Assembly (NCBI GenBank): GCA_964016885.1
Contig: OZ024741.1
Location: forward strand, 325,376,001-325,440,000
DNA length: 64,000 nt
Direction of reading: 5' to 3'
DNA from: Eledone cirrhosa
Lineage: Eukaryota
Position numbers and translations under genes: made by a program. Shown piece by piece: positions 41,800-57,764 of this stretch (positions are counted from its first letter, which is position 1; every line of letters starts with the position of its first letter). A model generated the notes under the pieces. It had not been told where the DNA came from, did not search any database, and worked only from the letters and a program-made list of their open reading frames with translations.

Positions 41800-42008
41800 T
41801 GGTTTCTTATATAGGCACAAGGCCAGTAATTTTGGGGGAGGGGAAGGTCGATTAAACCGACCCCAGTACGTTACTGGTGCTATATTTTATCGACCCCGCA
41901 AGGATGAAAGGCAAAGTTAACCTCGGCGGGATTTGAACTCAGGTCATAAAGGGCCGTAACTCTATGCTGCAAAGCATGGCGTCTGACACTCGACCGATAC
42001 TGCCAATT
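41800..42008 (-). mobile_element. tRNA/Nin-domain SINE with target-site duplication
   Basis: Family core on the minus strand; TTCGGTAGTCAATAAT at ~41785 and ~42033. Confidence 0.75.
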
Positions 42009-42364
42009 AGTGTTATTATTATTGACTACCCTTTCGGTAGTCAATAATAATAACACTAATAATAATAATAATTTCTTTATTAATTAAAAAAAATTGTTTA
42101 CAAAAAATCACACGAGGGAATGTACACTGCAGTGTGATTTTGTGGAAACGTGTAAAAATTAGAACAACAACGGCGACATTTGCACATTAATTTAATTAAA
42201 AAAATTCATTTCGTCTAGATAGATAATTCATTTGTTATGTGAAAAACAAATGATAAACTCATTGTTTTTTTATTTTTATCATTAAGATGTTACATCACGA
42301 TTGATGATTGCAACATTTGGTGCATCAGAACAAACGGAGTATATATATATATACATTCTCACAT

Positions 42365-42398
<34 letters not shown>

Positions 42399-42594
42399 GT
42401 ATAAACACATATATACACACAGAGAGACACGCACACACACACATTTGACACATACACACACATATATACCAAAACAAAAGGAAAAAGATATGACATCATC
42501 ATCATCGTCTCCATTTTTGTCTCTGCTACAGGCACCCCCACCACCGACACAACCTGTAGTGGTCATGGTATTAGTAGTGGTAATAGTAGTAGTG

Positions 42595-42645
<51 letters not shown>

Positions 42646-42799
42646 ATAGTACTAGAAGTAGCAGCAGCAGCAGCAGTAGTAGTATAGAAAATAAAATGGT
42701 TTTAATGCAGAGAAATAATCTCCGTTTATTATGAAATCGTAAACAAAACTGAATATTTGAATATTTTCCTACCTTATCATATTTTTTATCACTATTATT

Positions 42800-46060
<3,261 letters not shown>

Positions 46061-46261
46061 TAAGCTTAAATAATACGTGTGAATTCAGAAATGTTTTAAT
46101 ACTGATAACAAGAAACACACGCACACTCACACATGTACACATGTACACAGACACACACTTACCACTCACACTCTCTCTTTCTTCACTTTCTACACATTCA
46201 CCCACTTCCGGTTTTTCTCTTTATACATATACAATCACAGAATTGTGTTGAGGACTTTTAA

Positions 46262-46700
46262 GGATACGCATACACACATGCGCACTAACATGCGCACTAA
46301 CATGCGCACTAACACGCGTACACACACAGATGCGCACGCACGCATATGCACACACACACATGCACATACAGCAATGCTCATATTCACATACCCATACAGC
46401 CATGCGCACACACACATGTGCACATTCACATGCGCACACACATATGTGCACATTCACATGCGCATACAGCCATGCGCACATACACATGTGCACATTCACA
46501 TGCGCATACAGACATGCGCACGCACAATGCACACATTCACATGCGTATACAGCCATGCGTACACATATGCACATACACACACATATGGACATCCACATGC
46601 GCATAGAGCCATGTGGACATTCACATGCGAAGACACACACACGCGCAGGCACACATGCACACATTCACATGCGCATATAGCCATGCGCGCACAAACACAT
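46262..46700. repeat. Purine-pyrimidine alternating minisatellite (CACATTCACATGCGCATACAGCCATGCG-type units)
   Basis: Repeated ~20-42-bp modules. Confidence 0.8.
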
Positions 46701-47789
46701 AATCGATTATAAGACGTTTAAATCCCGAAAACATGTACATACATACAATCATACTCACACATAATCTTTTACATGACTACGAGACACACACGCCTACATA
46801 CAGACATGTATGAACACACACATAGAGATATTCGTGTATGCATGTACATACATCCATACACACACAGTGACATACGTATGTATATATATACATACTTATA
46901 CCAGTGCATGTGCATACACAAACACACAAAAAATGCATACAGACACACATACAGGTACGTGTATGTACATACATACACATGGACATTTATGCGCGTGTAC
47001 TTGCATTCATATACATATAGAGATACGAATACATGTACATACACATACATATACAGATATGCGTACATGTGCATATACATACACACTTATGCACATATAC
47101 ATGCATTCAAACATACAAACCTATGCAATTATACACAGATTAGACTACATAGAAGCTATTTTCAACACGTTATTGTGTATAAAAACATACAGAGATAAAT
47201 AAAAATTACTTGTACATAGGTGTGAATTGAAATGGACTTCCGTCAGTTTCGCTGAGGAACATTACAGTTGCTCGATCAATGGAACTACTTGTTCATGAAA
47301 TTAGCACATAGGTGGTTGAGTATTCCATAGACACGTGTAATCTTAACGTAATTATCATGTAGCCTCAGCGTGACATTGTGTATCCCATGGCTGGCTGGTA
47401 CTTTGAATTACAGGTACAGAACTTCTGAGAGGTTTCCAAACAGTTTCTGTCTACCAAGTTTCATTCACAAGGTACGGATCGACCCGAGGATACGGAATTT
47501 ATTTATTTATTTATTGAATCAATTTAAGGCGTCCTTTTAGAGCTAGTAAGCTATGGTAGATTAGGGGAAGTGTCAAGTATATTTTATAATGGAGAAGCAA
47601 AAAAACAACAACAAAAACAGCAACAACAAAAAACAACAAAACCAAAAACAAAAAAAACAAACAAAAACAAAAACCAAAAAGTAAAAATAAAACAAAAACA
47701 AGGTAGACAAAGATATGTGAATATGAATATAAAGATTAAAATAAAAATAAAATAGTGAAGGCCAACGGGAGGCAAAATAAGCACAAAAA

Positions 47790-47885
47790 AATGTTACACT
47801 TGCCTTAGATGCCATGCAGTGGGATCGAACAGGAGTTCTAACGACTGCAAAGCGGACCTGTTGACCATTCGGCCATACTGCATCT
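47790..47885 (-). mobile_element. tRNA-derived SINE head
   Basis: Minus strand TGGCCGAATGG A-box and GTTCGATCCC B-box. Confidence 0.55.
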
Positions 47886-48004
47886 ACGTAAGTGAGTATA
47901 TCTGCTTGCATAATCACTTACGTAGAGAAAAGCATTGAAGAGTGACATGATGCTGAATGAAAACAAAAGCAATATATACAAACACACACACACACCGACC
48001 ACAA

Positions 48005-48141
48005 CTAAATATGGAATGATACGCGATGGGGCTCCGCCACAGCCCCGGCGGTCAGAATGGAGAAGGCGTTTCCCCGGAGGACAGCAAGGGTGACGCGCTG
48101 GAAAAGCCACTCCAACTCGCGGGGCTCACACCTGCCTATAA
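48005..48141 (-). pseudogene. 3' fragment of a CRE-clade RLE non-LTR retrotransposon
   Basis: Minus frame GRCEPRELEWLFQRVTLAVLRGNAFSILTAG..* resembles the CRE C-terminal QRxSxAxQRGNA motif; GC-rich island. Confidence 0.7.
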
Positions 48142-49055
48142 CTAACCAACAAATTTGTCGAATTTGAGACAGGATTTCCATTATTTTCTCTATCGCTCCC
48201 CCACCCCCCCGTTACATATATTCGCGACTTTGAGACCACGAAGGGGAATCTTTAAGTAGTCCAACCCCTTGCGAGAAATAGCAGCCAAATTGTTCTCGCT
48301 TAAATCACAGTCTACCTTTTTAAAAACATAGAAGGTCGCATTAGACGATATGTTTATAGATACACTATATATGGAAATAAAAAAAAAGACGAAATATTGT
48401 TTTTGGTCATATATTTTAAGTTGAACAGGAGCAACTACATAAACAACAACAACAAAAACAACAAATCAACAACAGCAACAACAACAATCACAGTACCACC
48501 ACAGCCATATGGTAAAGAAGGGTTAAGTTATATTCCCCAAACTACTATGGTTTCTGATTTAGGCAAAAAGCCAGGTGTTTTGGTTGAAGGGAGAAATATA
48601 TATACATGGAGTCCCACCCCCAATTATTTGACTGGTACTTTATTTTATCGAACTCAGAATGATGAAAAGCAAAGTTGACCTTAACAGAATGTAGCGAGCT
48701 GGAACAAATAACGCAAAACATTTCCCCATTATTCTAATGATTCTACCTACTCACCACCCTTAGCGGGTCCTCTCAGAAGCAACCATCTCCAATTGATGCG
48801 GCTGCTTCCTCAAGCTAGACCTACCGAGCTTATGTATCTTATCCAACTATCGTGCTCGATATCTACCTCTGGGTCTCCTACCGGTTGGTTTTGCTCGTAA
48901 AATCTGTCCAACAATTCTAACCAAGTGCTGCTACGAAGACTGAGACATTTGTCCAGGTAAAACTAAAATTCTTGATGATTTTCGAAGTTATTTGATAATC
49001 ACAGTCAGTGTTTATATATGTATATTTAGAAATAAGTAACGAAAGGGTTAATAAC

Positions 49056-49257
49056 TACGAGAATAGACTGAAAAGTTCATAGGCTGTCTATGAAGGAGTG
49101 ATGCTAGAGCTGTGAAATCTCGCATGCTTTAATTAACAACTCTTCTCATTAATAACTGCTTTGTTTATTTCCAGGAACCATGTTGCAAAATAAACCTCAT
49201 TTGGTAAATCTATGAGAGATTCTTGGCGAGCCTATGAACTTTTCAACCAACCTTGTA
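49056..49257. mobile_element. Mariner-type MITE
   Basis: TIRs TACGA..CTGAAAAGTTCATAGGCT / AGCCTATGAACTTTTCAACCAACCTTGTA with TA ends. Confidence 0.75.
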
Positions 49258-49734
49258 TATCGGTGTTCAAGGTGGTGAAATACAAAAAATTCTAGGTTAA
49301 CATGGCGATCAATCGCATGTCCGTTACAGATTCATACACTTAAGTTTGTGTTTAAAAATAAATGACATTCATATTCCATATAGAGCAAAATCATTTATAT
49401 TTTCATATATGAAAGCTATGCACTATTTTCTGAAATTTATTTGGACCCTTGAGCTATGGTCCTCTACTTCAGTGATATTTAATGTAAAGAAGCCCTTTAC
49501 TTTGGGGGGTTTATTTAAAAATTCATTTATACCAAATATTAAGTTTTCAATATAGGAAATTTACTGAATATCTTTCCTGTGGGGCTTTTTAATATAACTT
49601 TAATGGCTTTGCATTAAAATTAGAATCCTCTGTGTGTGTATGTGTGTGTGAGAGTGTGTGAGTGTGTGTTCATATATATATATGTACAATTACATTTAAA
49701 ATATTCGTATAAATATATATATGTGTATGTATGC

Positions 49735-49833
<99 letters not shown>

Positions 49834-49899
49834 TATAATAGTATGTGTATGCTTATGTATACACAGACACCCACCCCCACACACACACATATATATATG

Positions 49900-49932
<33 letters not shown>

Positions 49933-50164
49933 ATTTATATACATATGCATACACATATACAATTATATGTCTATATATATGTACATACACGTAAGTTATG
50001 TGGCAGGAGATAAATCAAGCCCAAAGTACTAAAAATATGTAAAATGATAAAAAATAAAGGAATATGAAAAGATACAAAAAATAAAGAGAACATTTTAAAG
50101 AAGATAAAAAATTAATAAACTAAATATAGAAAAACTTAAAAACTGTGAAATTGACGTAATTCTA

Positions 50165-50478
50165 TGTTGTTGTTACTATGTTGTTGTTGATGTTGTTGTT
50201 GTTGTGGCTGCTGTTGTTGCTGATGTTGTTGCTGTGTTGTTATTGTTGTTGTTGTTGATGTTGTTCTTTTTGTCAATGTTGTTGTTGTAGCTGTTATTGT
50301 TGTTGCTGATGTTGTTGCTGTGTTGTTATTGTTGTTGTTGTTCTTTCTGTTAATGTTGTTGTTGTGGCTGTTGTTGTTGATGTTGATGTTCTTTCTGTTA
50401 ATGTTGTTGTTGTGGCTGTTGTTGTTGTTGTTGCTGATCTTGTTGCTGTGTTGTTATTGTTGTTGTTCTTTCTGTTAA

Positions 50479-50512
<34 letters not shown>

Positions 50513-50529
50513 GATGTTCTTTCTGTTAA

Positions 50530-50560
<31 letters not shown>

Positions 50561-50900
50561 GATGTTCTTTCTGTTAATGTTGTTATTGTAGCTGTTGTTG
50601 TTGTTGCTGAAGTCGTTGTTGTTGCTGTGTTGATGTTGTTGTTCTTGTTGTTGTTCTTTCTGTTAAATGTTGTTGTTATGGCTGTTAAAGTTGTTGGTGT
50701 TATTACTGTTGATAATATTGTTTTTGGTGTTGTTTTCTTACTGTTGTTCTTGTTAAGGTTGATGTTGCCAATGTTATTAATGTTGTTTTTGTTCTTAATG
50801 ATGGTGTTGTTATTTGGCTTTAATGTTGTTGTTCTTACTGTTGTTGTTGTTATTGTCGTTTTTGCTGTTAACTTTGTTGTTATTGTGGTTGTATCTTGTT
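50165..50900. repeat. (GTT)n-derived low-complexity repeat
   Basis: Directly visible. Confidence 0.9.
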
Positions 50901-50914
50901 ATTACATCCTGTGT

Positions 50915-51200
50915 AGGCGGCGAATTTGCAGAGTCGTTAGAAAGTCAGATGAAATGTTTTGCGGTATTCGTTTCGGCTCTCTGGCCTCTGAGTTCAAATT
51001 CTGCCGAGGTCAACTTTGCCTTTCATCCATTCGACGTCGATAAAAAAAGTACCAGTCCAGTACTGGGTATCTCTTCATCACTTCCTCTCTCTCACTTTCA
51101 TGAACAAAATCTACTGTATTCAGACCTGGAGAGAAGATGGTCCTACCAGGTTTAAAAGAATGGCCAAGAAACGCCGTATGCAAATACGGCACCCTTACGA
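50915..51200 (+). mobile_element. tRNA/Nin-domain SINE with a LINE-like 3' tail
   Basis: Core motif plus a shared CAGACCTGGAGA tail; relatives at 59610-59910 (+), 62165-62500 (-) and 48548-48760 (-). Confidence 0.7.
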
Positions 51201-51224
51201 CTCCCTCTGCAATTATGTGACCAT

Positions 51225-51690
51225 GCATGCATCCTGTAAACACTTTAATCCTTTTTCTCTGTCTATACATTTCAAGTATAACCTTTCATCGTTAGATCGT
51301 TTTCCTAAGTCATTCTTGTTCCTAATATCTCTCTTTGTCAGCATATAACATTTTTTAATTCAATTCTTGGAATACAGCAGACATTTATAAAGTAAGCAGC
51401 TACCAGAATTACTATCATGTTGATTGTTTTCATCTGGTTTTTATCATAAAAACCTTGTTCTAAAATATTTTGCAATCTTATCGACATTTCTGCTTTAACT
51501 TTCTGCAATATTTTGTTGACATTAATCTCATCTGCTTGCTCTATCACCAATACCTTATACATGTCTGCCTTACTTGGTTTTAAAGCTGCCATTCTTTTAG
51601 ACATTATCTCTAGTCCTTTTCCTTCAAACATTTTTCCTCGACTGAACAACAACTTTTTGAAACCCCGTAACAAGCTCCTGTATCAGAACC
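51225..51690 (-). pseudogene. Decayed R4/Dong-type RT fragment
   Basis: YKVLVIEQAD..RLQNILEQGFYDKNQMKTIN..VILVAAY and DERLYLK..EKGLK; adjacent to (TAG)n. Confidence 0.65.
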
Positions 51691-51943
51691 TACCATGACA
51701 AGCAAGCAATATTCTGTTACAGGTGTTTCTCCATTTGTAGTAGTAGTAGCAGCAGCAGCAGTAGTAGTAGTAGTAGTAGAAGTGGTATTAGTAGTAGTAA
51801 TAACAGTAATAGTAGTATTGGTAGTAATAGTAGTATTAGTAGTATTAGTAGTAGTAATAATAGCAGTAGTAATAGCAGTAGTAATAGTAGTAGTAGTAGC
51901 AGTAGTGGTAGTAGTAGTAGTGGTAGTAGACGTAGTAGTAGTG

Positions 51944-52000
<57 letters not shown>

Positions 52001-52206
52001 TTTAATTTCATTACATTTCTTATGAAATATTCCCAGTAAAACTAAAAAATAAAAGCAAAACAACACATATACACATATACAAAAATATAAATATGAATAA
52101 ATTGATAACGTAAAGGATGAAAATATGTAATATTTGCATGTATGTATGTATGTATGTATGTATGTATGTATGTATGTATGTATGTATGTATGTATGTATG
52201 TATGTA

Positions 52207-52688
52207 TGGTCGGGCTGTCGGAGACTAAATCGGCAACCCCACCAAGCTTGCTTGGTGAGGAGGATGATATTTGGACACCCTGCGGGATGAAATACAAGAC
52301 CCGGCAAAGGGCAGAGGAACTCAGCAGAATGAACGACCATCCAAATAACAATCTTTTTTTTTCACCTGGGAGTGAAAGGCCCCCAGTTCTTCTCACAACA
52401 CCTTTCTATGAGAGGGAGACTCTGAAAAAAACAAACAAACAAACCTGCAGTTTTGGAAGCATCCGATGATGTTGACCAGTTCTCCTTTTCGGGTAATGTT
52501 TTCGATGCTCAGAGAGTGGGATTGGTCGAGTGCAAAGCCTTTCCCCACTTAAAAACCTTCAAAGCACAGGTATTGCTTGTTCAGGATCTGTTACAGGTTC
52601 GTGTGGTTGCCCGTAGCCTAAAGGTGCACCGAACTCTATAATCTGACAAGCGATTGCAATACTCTTAGCAGAGTTTGCAGCCATCATA
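52207..52688 (+). mobile_element. Diverged bipartite RTE-derived element, subfamily C
   Basis: Homologous 5' hairpins and 3' GCAGCCATCAT; (TATG)n flanks. Confidence 0.7.
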
Positions 52689-52704
52689 TATGTACGTATG
52701 TATG

Positions 52705-53232
52705 TTTCTCTTTCTCTTAATTTTGAGTACATTTTTGACCGACCACCTCCCTGGTGGCAGGGTTATAAAAGGAAAGAAATTGTCATCTCTTGAACCGCAA
52801 GAATGTTTTGCAAAATTTGAAGGTGCCAGATATCGCGGCCATTTGTAGTCTATTGATTAGGGAGCTGTGCTCTTTGTCCACAAATCCTAGTTCAGTCAAA
52901 CTTTGGCTCAATTGGGTTGGTACATAACATGTAGCTCCAATAATGATGGGTATGAAGCTGAAGGTGTATCTTGGATACTGGATCTGTAAAATGTTCATCA
53001 ATGGTCCGTGGATGTACTCCTTCTCCTGTATTTTTGTTACAATATTGGCATCAAGTAGGCAGCTAATCTCTACAACAGAGCACGTTTTCAATGTGTGGTT
53101 CCAAGCAACAATATCTGGCCGGATGTGCTTTAATTTGGTGGCAGTTTTTATTTTCAGGTTCCACCAGTGTTTCTTAGTGACATCTATCTCAAAATATTCC
53201 TTCTAATTTGTTTTTAATTTTGTTTTCCTTAT
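52705..53232 (-). mobile_element. R4 family A 3' fragment (RLE)
   Basis: Homologous to 15508-16030; (TATG)n flanks. Confidence 0.88.
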
Positions 53233-53313
53233 GTATGTATGTATGTATGTATGTATGTATGTATGTATGTATGTATGTATGTATGTATGTATGTATGTAT
53301 GTATGTATGTATG

Positions 53314-53922
53314 TCAGGTCACCAGTTGGTGCTACTGGTAACATGTATCCCAGTACAACCTGTCTCATAGTCGGGTCGTTGGCGACTAAACTGGCAACCC
53401 CACCAAGGTTTCTTGGTGAGGAGGGTGACTTTGGAGATCCTGCAGGACTAAAAACAAAACCTGTCAAAGGGCAAAGGAGCTCTTAAGAGTCAATGGCCAT
53501 CCAAAATCACCGGGAGAGATGACCCCTTAGCCTTTGTCAAGGCAGAATTCTAGGAGAAGGAAAACTCTAATATAACACCTGCAACTCTGATGGTATCCAA
53601 TGATGTTGACTTGTTCTTCTTTTTGGTAAATATCATCTTGGTTAAGAGAGTGGGAATGGCTTTGTGCAGTGCCTTTGCTCACTATAAAAGCTTCACGGCA
53701 CAGGCATTGCTTTATATCTGGAGATCTCTCTGCAGTTGTCGTCACATGGTACCATGGGCCCAGCACTATGTGTCAATAATCGTCACAAGTGTAGTGTTTG
53801 TACCAGAGTTTTCAAGTCGCTGGCTGGACTAAAAAGTCACACTCGTTCAGCGCATCGGTAGGGGTTCTCCTACATGGATATGAAGTAGTGACCGTACTCG
53901 AAAACGAGTTGGCAACCACCAT
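53314..53922 (+). mobile_element. Full-length bipartite RTE-derived element, subfamily A
   Basis: Matches 24847-25455; (TATG)n on both sides. Confidence 0.88.
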
Positions 53923-53991
53923 GTATGTATGTATGTATGTATGTATGTATGTATGTATGTATGTATGTATGTATGTATGTATGTATGTATG

Positions 53992-54630
53992 TTCTTCTGG
54001 TTTTATAATTTCACAAAGTTTTACCAATAGAGAGAGAGTCGGTTTCTAACATAGACACAAGACTCTCTCATTGGAATTTACACAACATCAACTAGATAGA
54101 TTATGCATGTCTACATGCAATCATGTGTAGATATGGATGTTATTGTATGTGTGGATGTGTTTGTTTTGAGTTGTATGTGTGCATGTGTATATGCTTAGTA
54201 TCTGTACATGTGAATATGCAGTTATTAGATGCAACATTTTTGGAATGTTTTACATATTTTTACTGTTCCATTAATGGATTGTACTTGTAATTTCCTAACT
54301 AGTTGTGTTCTTTCAGTTCCTGTGAAGCCTAGCTTCTCAAGATTTGTATTGAGGCAGTTACTAACATATCCCAGTGCCCCAATAATCACAGGCATAAATC
54401 TGAAGGTGTAATCAGGGTGGAGTATCTGCAGATTTCTCATCAGTTCTGCATAAATATTCTCCTTTTCGCTAATCTTTGATATAATTAATATATTAGCATC
54501 TGCTGGGCAGCTAATTTCCACTACTGTGCATGCTTTCTTCTCCCTGTCCCATATAATATCTGGTCTGTTATGCCTGCATTTTATTGGGGTTTTTACTGGA
54601 ACATTCCACCAGTACTCTTTCATATTATGT
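53992..54630 (-). mobile_element. R4 family B 3' fragment (RLE)
   Basis: HNRPDIIWD..VVEISCPAD..PVIIGALG; (TATG)n flanks. Confidence 0.88.
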
Positions 54631-54638
54631 ATGTATGT

Positions 54639-54855
54639 ATTGCTTTATATCTGGAGATCTCTCTGCACTTGTCGTCACATGGTACTATGGGCCTAGCACT
54701 ATGTGTCAATAATTGTCACAAGTGTAGTGTTTGTACCAGAGTTTTTAAGTCGCTGGCTGGACTAAAAAGTCACACTCGTTTATTGCATCGGTAGGGGTTC
54801 TCCTACATGGATATAAAGTAGTGGCCGTACTCGAAAACGAGTTGGCAGCCACCAT
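54639..54855 (+). mobile_element. RTE-derived element, 3' part
   Basis: Zinc-finger remnant [18 protein letters not shown] and family 3' end. Confidence 0.85.
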
Positions 54856-54904
54856 GTATGTATGTATGTATGTATGTATGTATGTATGCATACATGTATG
54901 TATG

Positions 54905-55788
54905 TTCTTCTGGTTTTATAATTTTACAAAGTTTTACCAATAGAGAGAGAGAGTCGGTTTCTAACAAAGACACAAGAGTCTCTCATTTGAATTTACACAA
55001 CATCAACTAGGTAGACTCAACAGTCGAGGTAGACTCGGATGGTACACGTGGTGTCAAATTTCTTCGATTATTATTATTATTTCTTCGATTATTATTATTA
55101 TCGATAGTGTTTTCCCCAGCATTCGAGGTAGACTTAGATGGCACAGGTGGTGTCAAGTTTCTTACAGGCATAGTTGTTTCAAGGCGCTGTTCGACCTGGC
55201 TGCTAGGAAGTCTGGTAGTATGGCGACCTGTAGCACGTGTTGTTGATTCCATGTTTGTTGTGGGGGACTTACAATTAATAATATTTATCTTATTTTTACG
55301 TTCAACAAACGTCGCTTGTTGGCGTAATTGTTACGCTGTGAAATAATTTAGCTCTGGGTGCATTTCGTCCCAGTGTAGCTTCATTCTGTTCATATAGCCA
55401 ATGGAGGGATTGTTTTTTGCCATTTCATAACAATTAAATAAATCATTAAGTTCGCAACTCCAAGAGAAATGCGATTTATAATTTCGGTTTCTTCTGTAGC
55501 TACAACTGAATAAAGTTTGTTTACCTTTCTTGTTGGTTGTCTTCGATACTTCCTTAATTTTGTTGTTGATGTTGTGTTCAGCCATGCTGTTTGTAGCAAA
55601 TCCTTGTAAAATGAATTATGTATTTAGTCGGATATCTCTACGAATTCGAATAAAAGGTGTCTTCAGAAGATATAGTTAGAAGTTATTCAACATGACTGTA
55701 GTTGTGGCATTACTGTCGGAGATAGTATTCATCTTAAATTTAATAAATAGTCTCCCACGCCAAAATATGCGACTGGTCGCGTTGACTG
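54905..55788 (-). mobile_element. Internally deleted R4 family B element (5' end and N-terminal coding region fused to the 106-bp 3' terminus)
   Basis: WSCELNDLFNCYEMA..GYMNRMKLHWDEMHP..QLRQQA resembles the R4 N-terminal motif; 54905-55010 is the family B 3' end; (TATG)n on both sides. Confidence 0.75.
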
Positions 55789-55888
55789 TATGTATGTATG
55801 TATGTATGTATGTATGTATGTATGTATGTATGTATGTATGTATGTATGTATGTATGTATGTATATATGTATGTATGTATGTATGTATG

Positions 55889-57280
55889 TTCTTCTGGTTT
55901 TATAATTTCACAAACTTTTACCAATAGAGAGAGAGTCGGTTTCTAAAATAGACACAAGACTCTCTCATTGGAATTTACACAACATCAACTAGGAAGACAT
56001 GTATGTATGCATGCATCTATAAATATGGATGTTATTGTATGTGTGGATGTGTATGTTTTGAGTTGTATGTGTGCATATATATATGCTTTGCATCTGTACA
56101 TGTGTATATGCAGTTATTAGATGCAACATTTTTGGAATGCTTTACATATTTTTACTGTTCCATTAATGGATTGTACTTGTAATTTCCTAACTAGTTGTGT
56201 TCTTTCAGTTCCTGTGAAGCCTAACTTCTCAAGATTTGTATTGAGGCAGTTACTAACATACCCCAGTGCCCCAATAATCACAGGCATAAACCTGAAGGTG
56301 TAATCAGGGTTGAGTATCTGCAGATTTCTCATCAGTTCTGCATAAATATTCTCCTTTTCACTAATCTTTGATATTATATTGGCATCTGCTGGGCAGCTAA
56401 TCTCCACTACTGTGCATGCTTTCTTCTCTCTGTCCCATATCATAATATCTGGTCTATTATGCCTGCATTTTATTGGGATTTTTACTGGAACATTCCACCA
56501 GTACTCTTTCATATTATGTACATGGATGTCTTCCACATTGCTGTAGCTTTTAATGTGTTTATTATCGGAGCTATCTTTTTTACGAACTGCATTGTACAGT
56601 GTGTTGGCCACTACATCATGCCTCATAGGTAAATAGTACCGCGATGACATCTTTGGACAGCTGCTGATGACATGGGTGATATCCTCGATGTTAGTTCTGC
56701 AGAGTCTGCACTTGTTATCACATCTAGGTGTTTTGCCTGCATCCCTATCTCTTTTGTGAATCAGGTATTTCGTGTTAATCTCCTGTTCTTGGATTGCAAA
56801 AGCGTATCCTTTAAAGTGGGAACCAATATAGCGGTTGTTGGTCCAAGATAGACTACTTTCCTTATCTATATTACTCTCACGCTGGAGCTTCCTGGCAACA
56901 TATCCATGCATGATTTTTTTTTTCATCCATTGATTCACTGCGATACTGCTGAGCGACTTCCCTGGGTGTGAGTTTTTGATTATCACACAGGGAATATCTC
57001 TCGAGGAGTTCCTTCCCAACTCTCATGATTTTATCTGTTTCATGCAGATAGACTTGCTCGAGAGACGGGCTCCTACGCTTTGATTCGTAGATGTTGTCGG
57101 AGAGATATGATGCGACATTCAAATGCTGTCTGGACTGATGTTAGGCCTCTGCCTCGCTGCTTACGTTTCAAGTAAAGGCCGTCTATGTCACTGTTGATGT
57201 GGAAGTTTCCGGTGTTGTTTAGTATTTTTCGAGTTCCAACATCAACTGCTCAGATTTCGTCTATCGTCCAATTGAGTGTT
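55889..57280 (-). mobile_element. R4 family B 5'-truncated copy (CCHC knuckle plus RLE)
   Basis: CRLC..EDITHVISSC, RHD, RPDIMIWD, VVEISCP; frameshifts upstream. Confidence 0.9.
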
Positions 57281-57530
57281 GATCGTCCTTTGTCAGTGTT
57301 GAACAAAAGGGCAACGATGGTTGCCGAACACTGTACGGCTAATAATTTACAAACAAACCGAGCATTATAATAAATGTTCTGTAAACCCATGCGTACATAT
57401 ATATATATGTGTGCATGTATGTATATATATACATACTACTGTACGTCTGTATACATATGTGTATGTACGTATACATACTTATATTTAAGTATCAGCCGTA
57501 TTAAGAGTGAGAAATGAAATTGCATTTTTT

Positions 57531-57580
<50 letters not shown>

Positions 57581-57764
57581 GAAGAAGAAGAAGAAGAAGA
57601 AGAAGAAGAAGAAGAAGAAGAAGAAGAAGAAGAAGAAGAAGGTTAATTTGCTTGTGGTATACGTTTACTATTATTGTGTTATTGGGTGGCGTTTGCCAAT
57701 GCCCAGCATTTGATACTATGCGTGTTCTTAGAATTTGTATTTGGTTAAACTCTATCCCTTCTTA

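Noticed and set aside
47800-47885. tRNA gene
   Set aside because: A and B boxes are present but there is no proper cloverleaf and it continues into SINE body; the same applies to 14220-14312
53314-53440. Canonical HDV-like or twister ribozyme at the RTE-derived 5' end
   Set aside because: A P1-like 7-bp stem exists, but the P3/L3/P1.1 and twister consensus elements could not be placed; kept only as an unclassified structure
55631-55672. Hammerhead-like CTGAAGA in the R4 5' region (minus strand)
   Set aside because: Stem I is plausible, but there is no stem II and no A15.1-U16.1 pair
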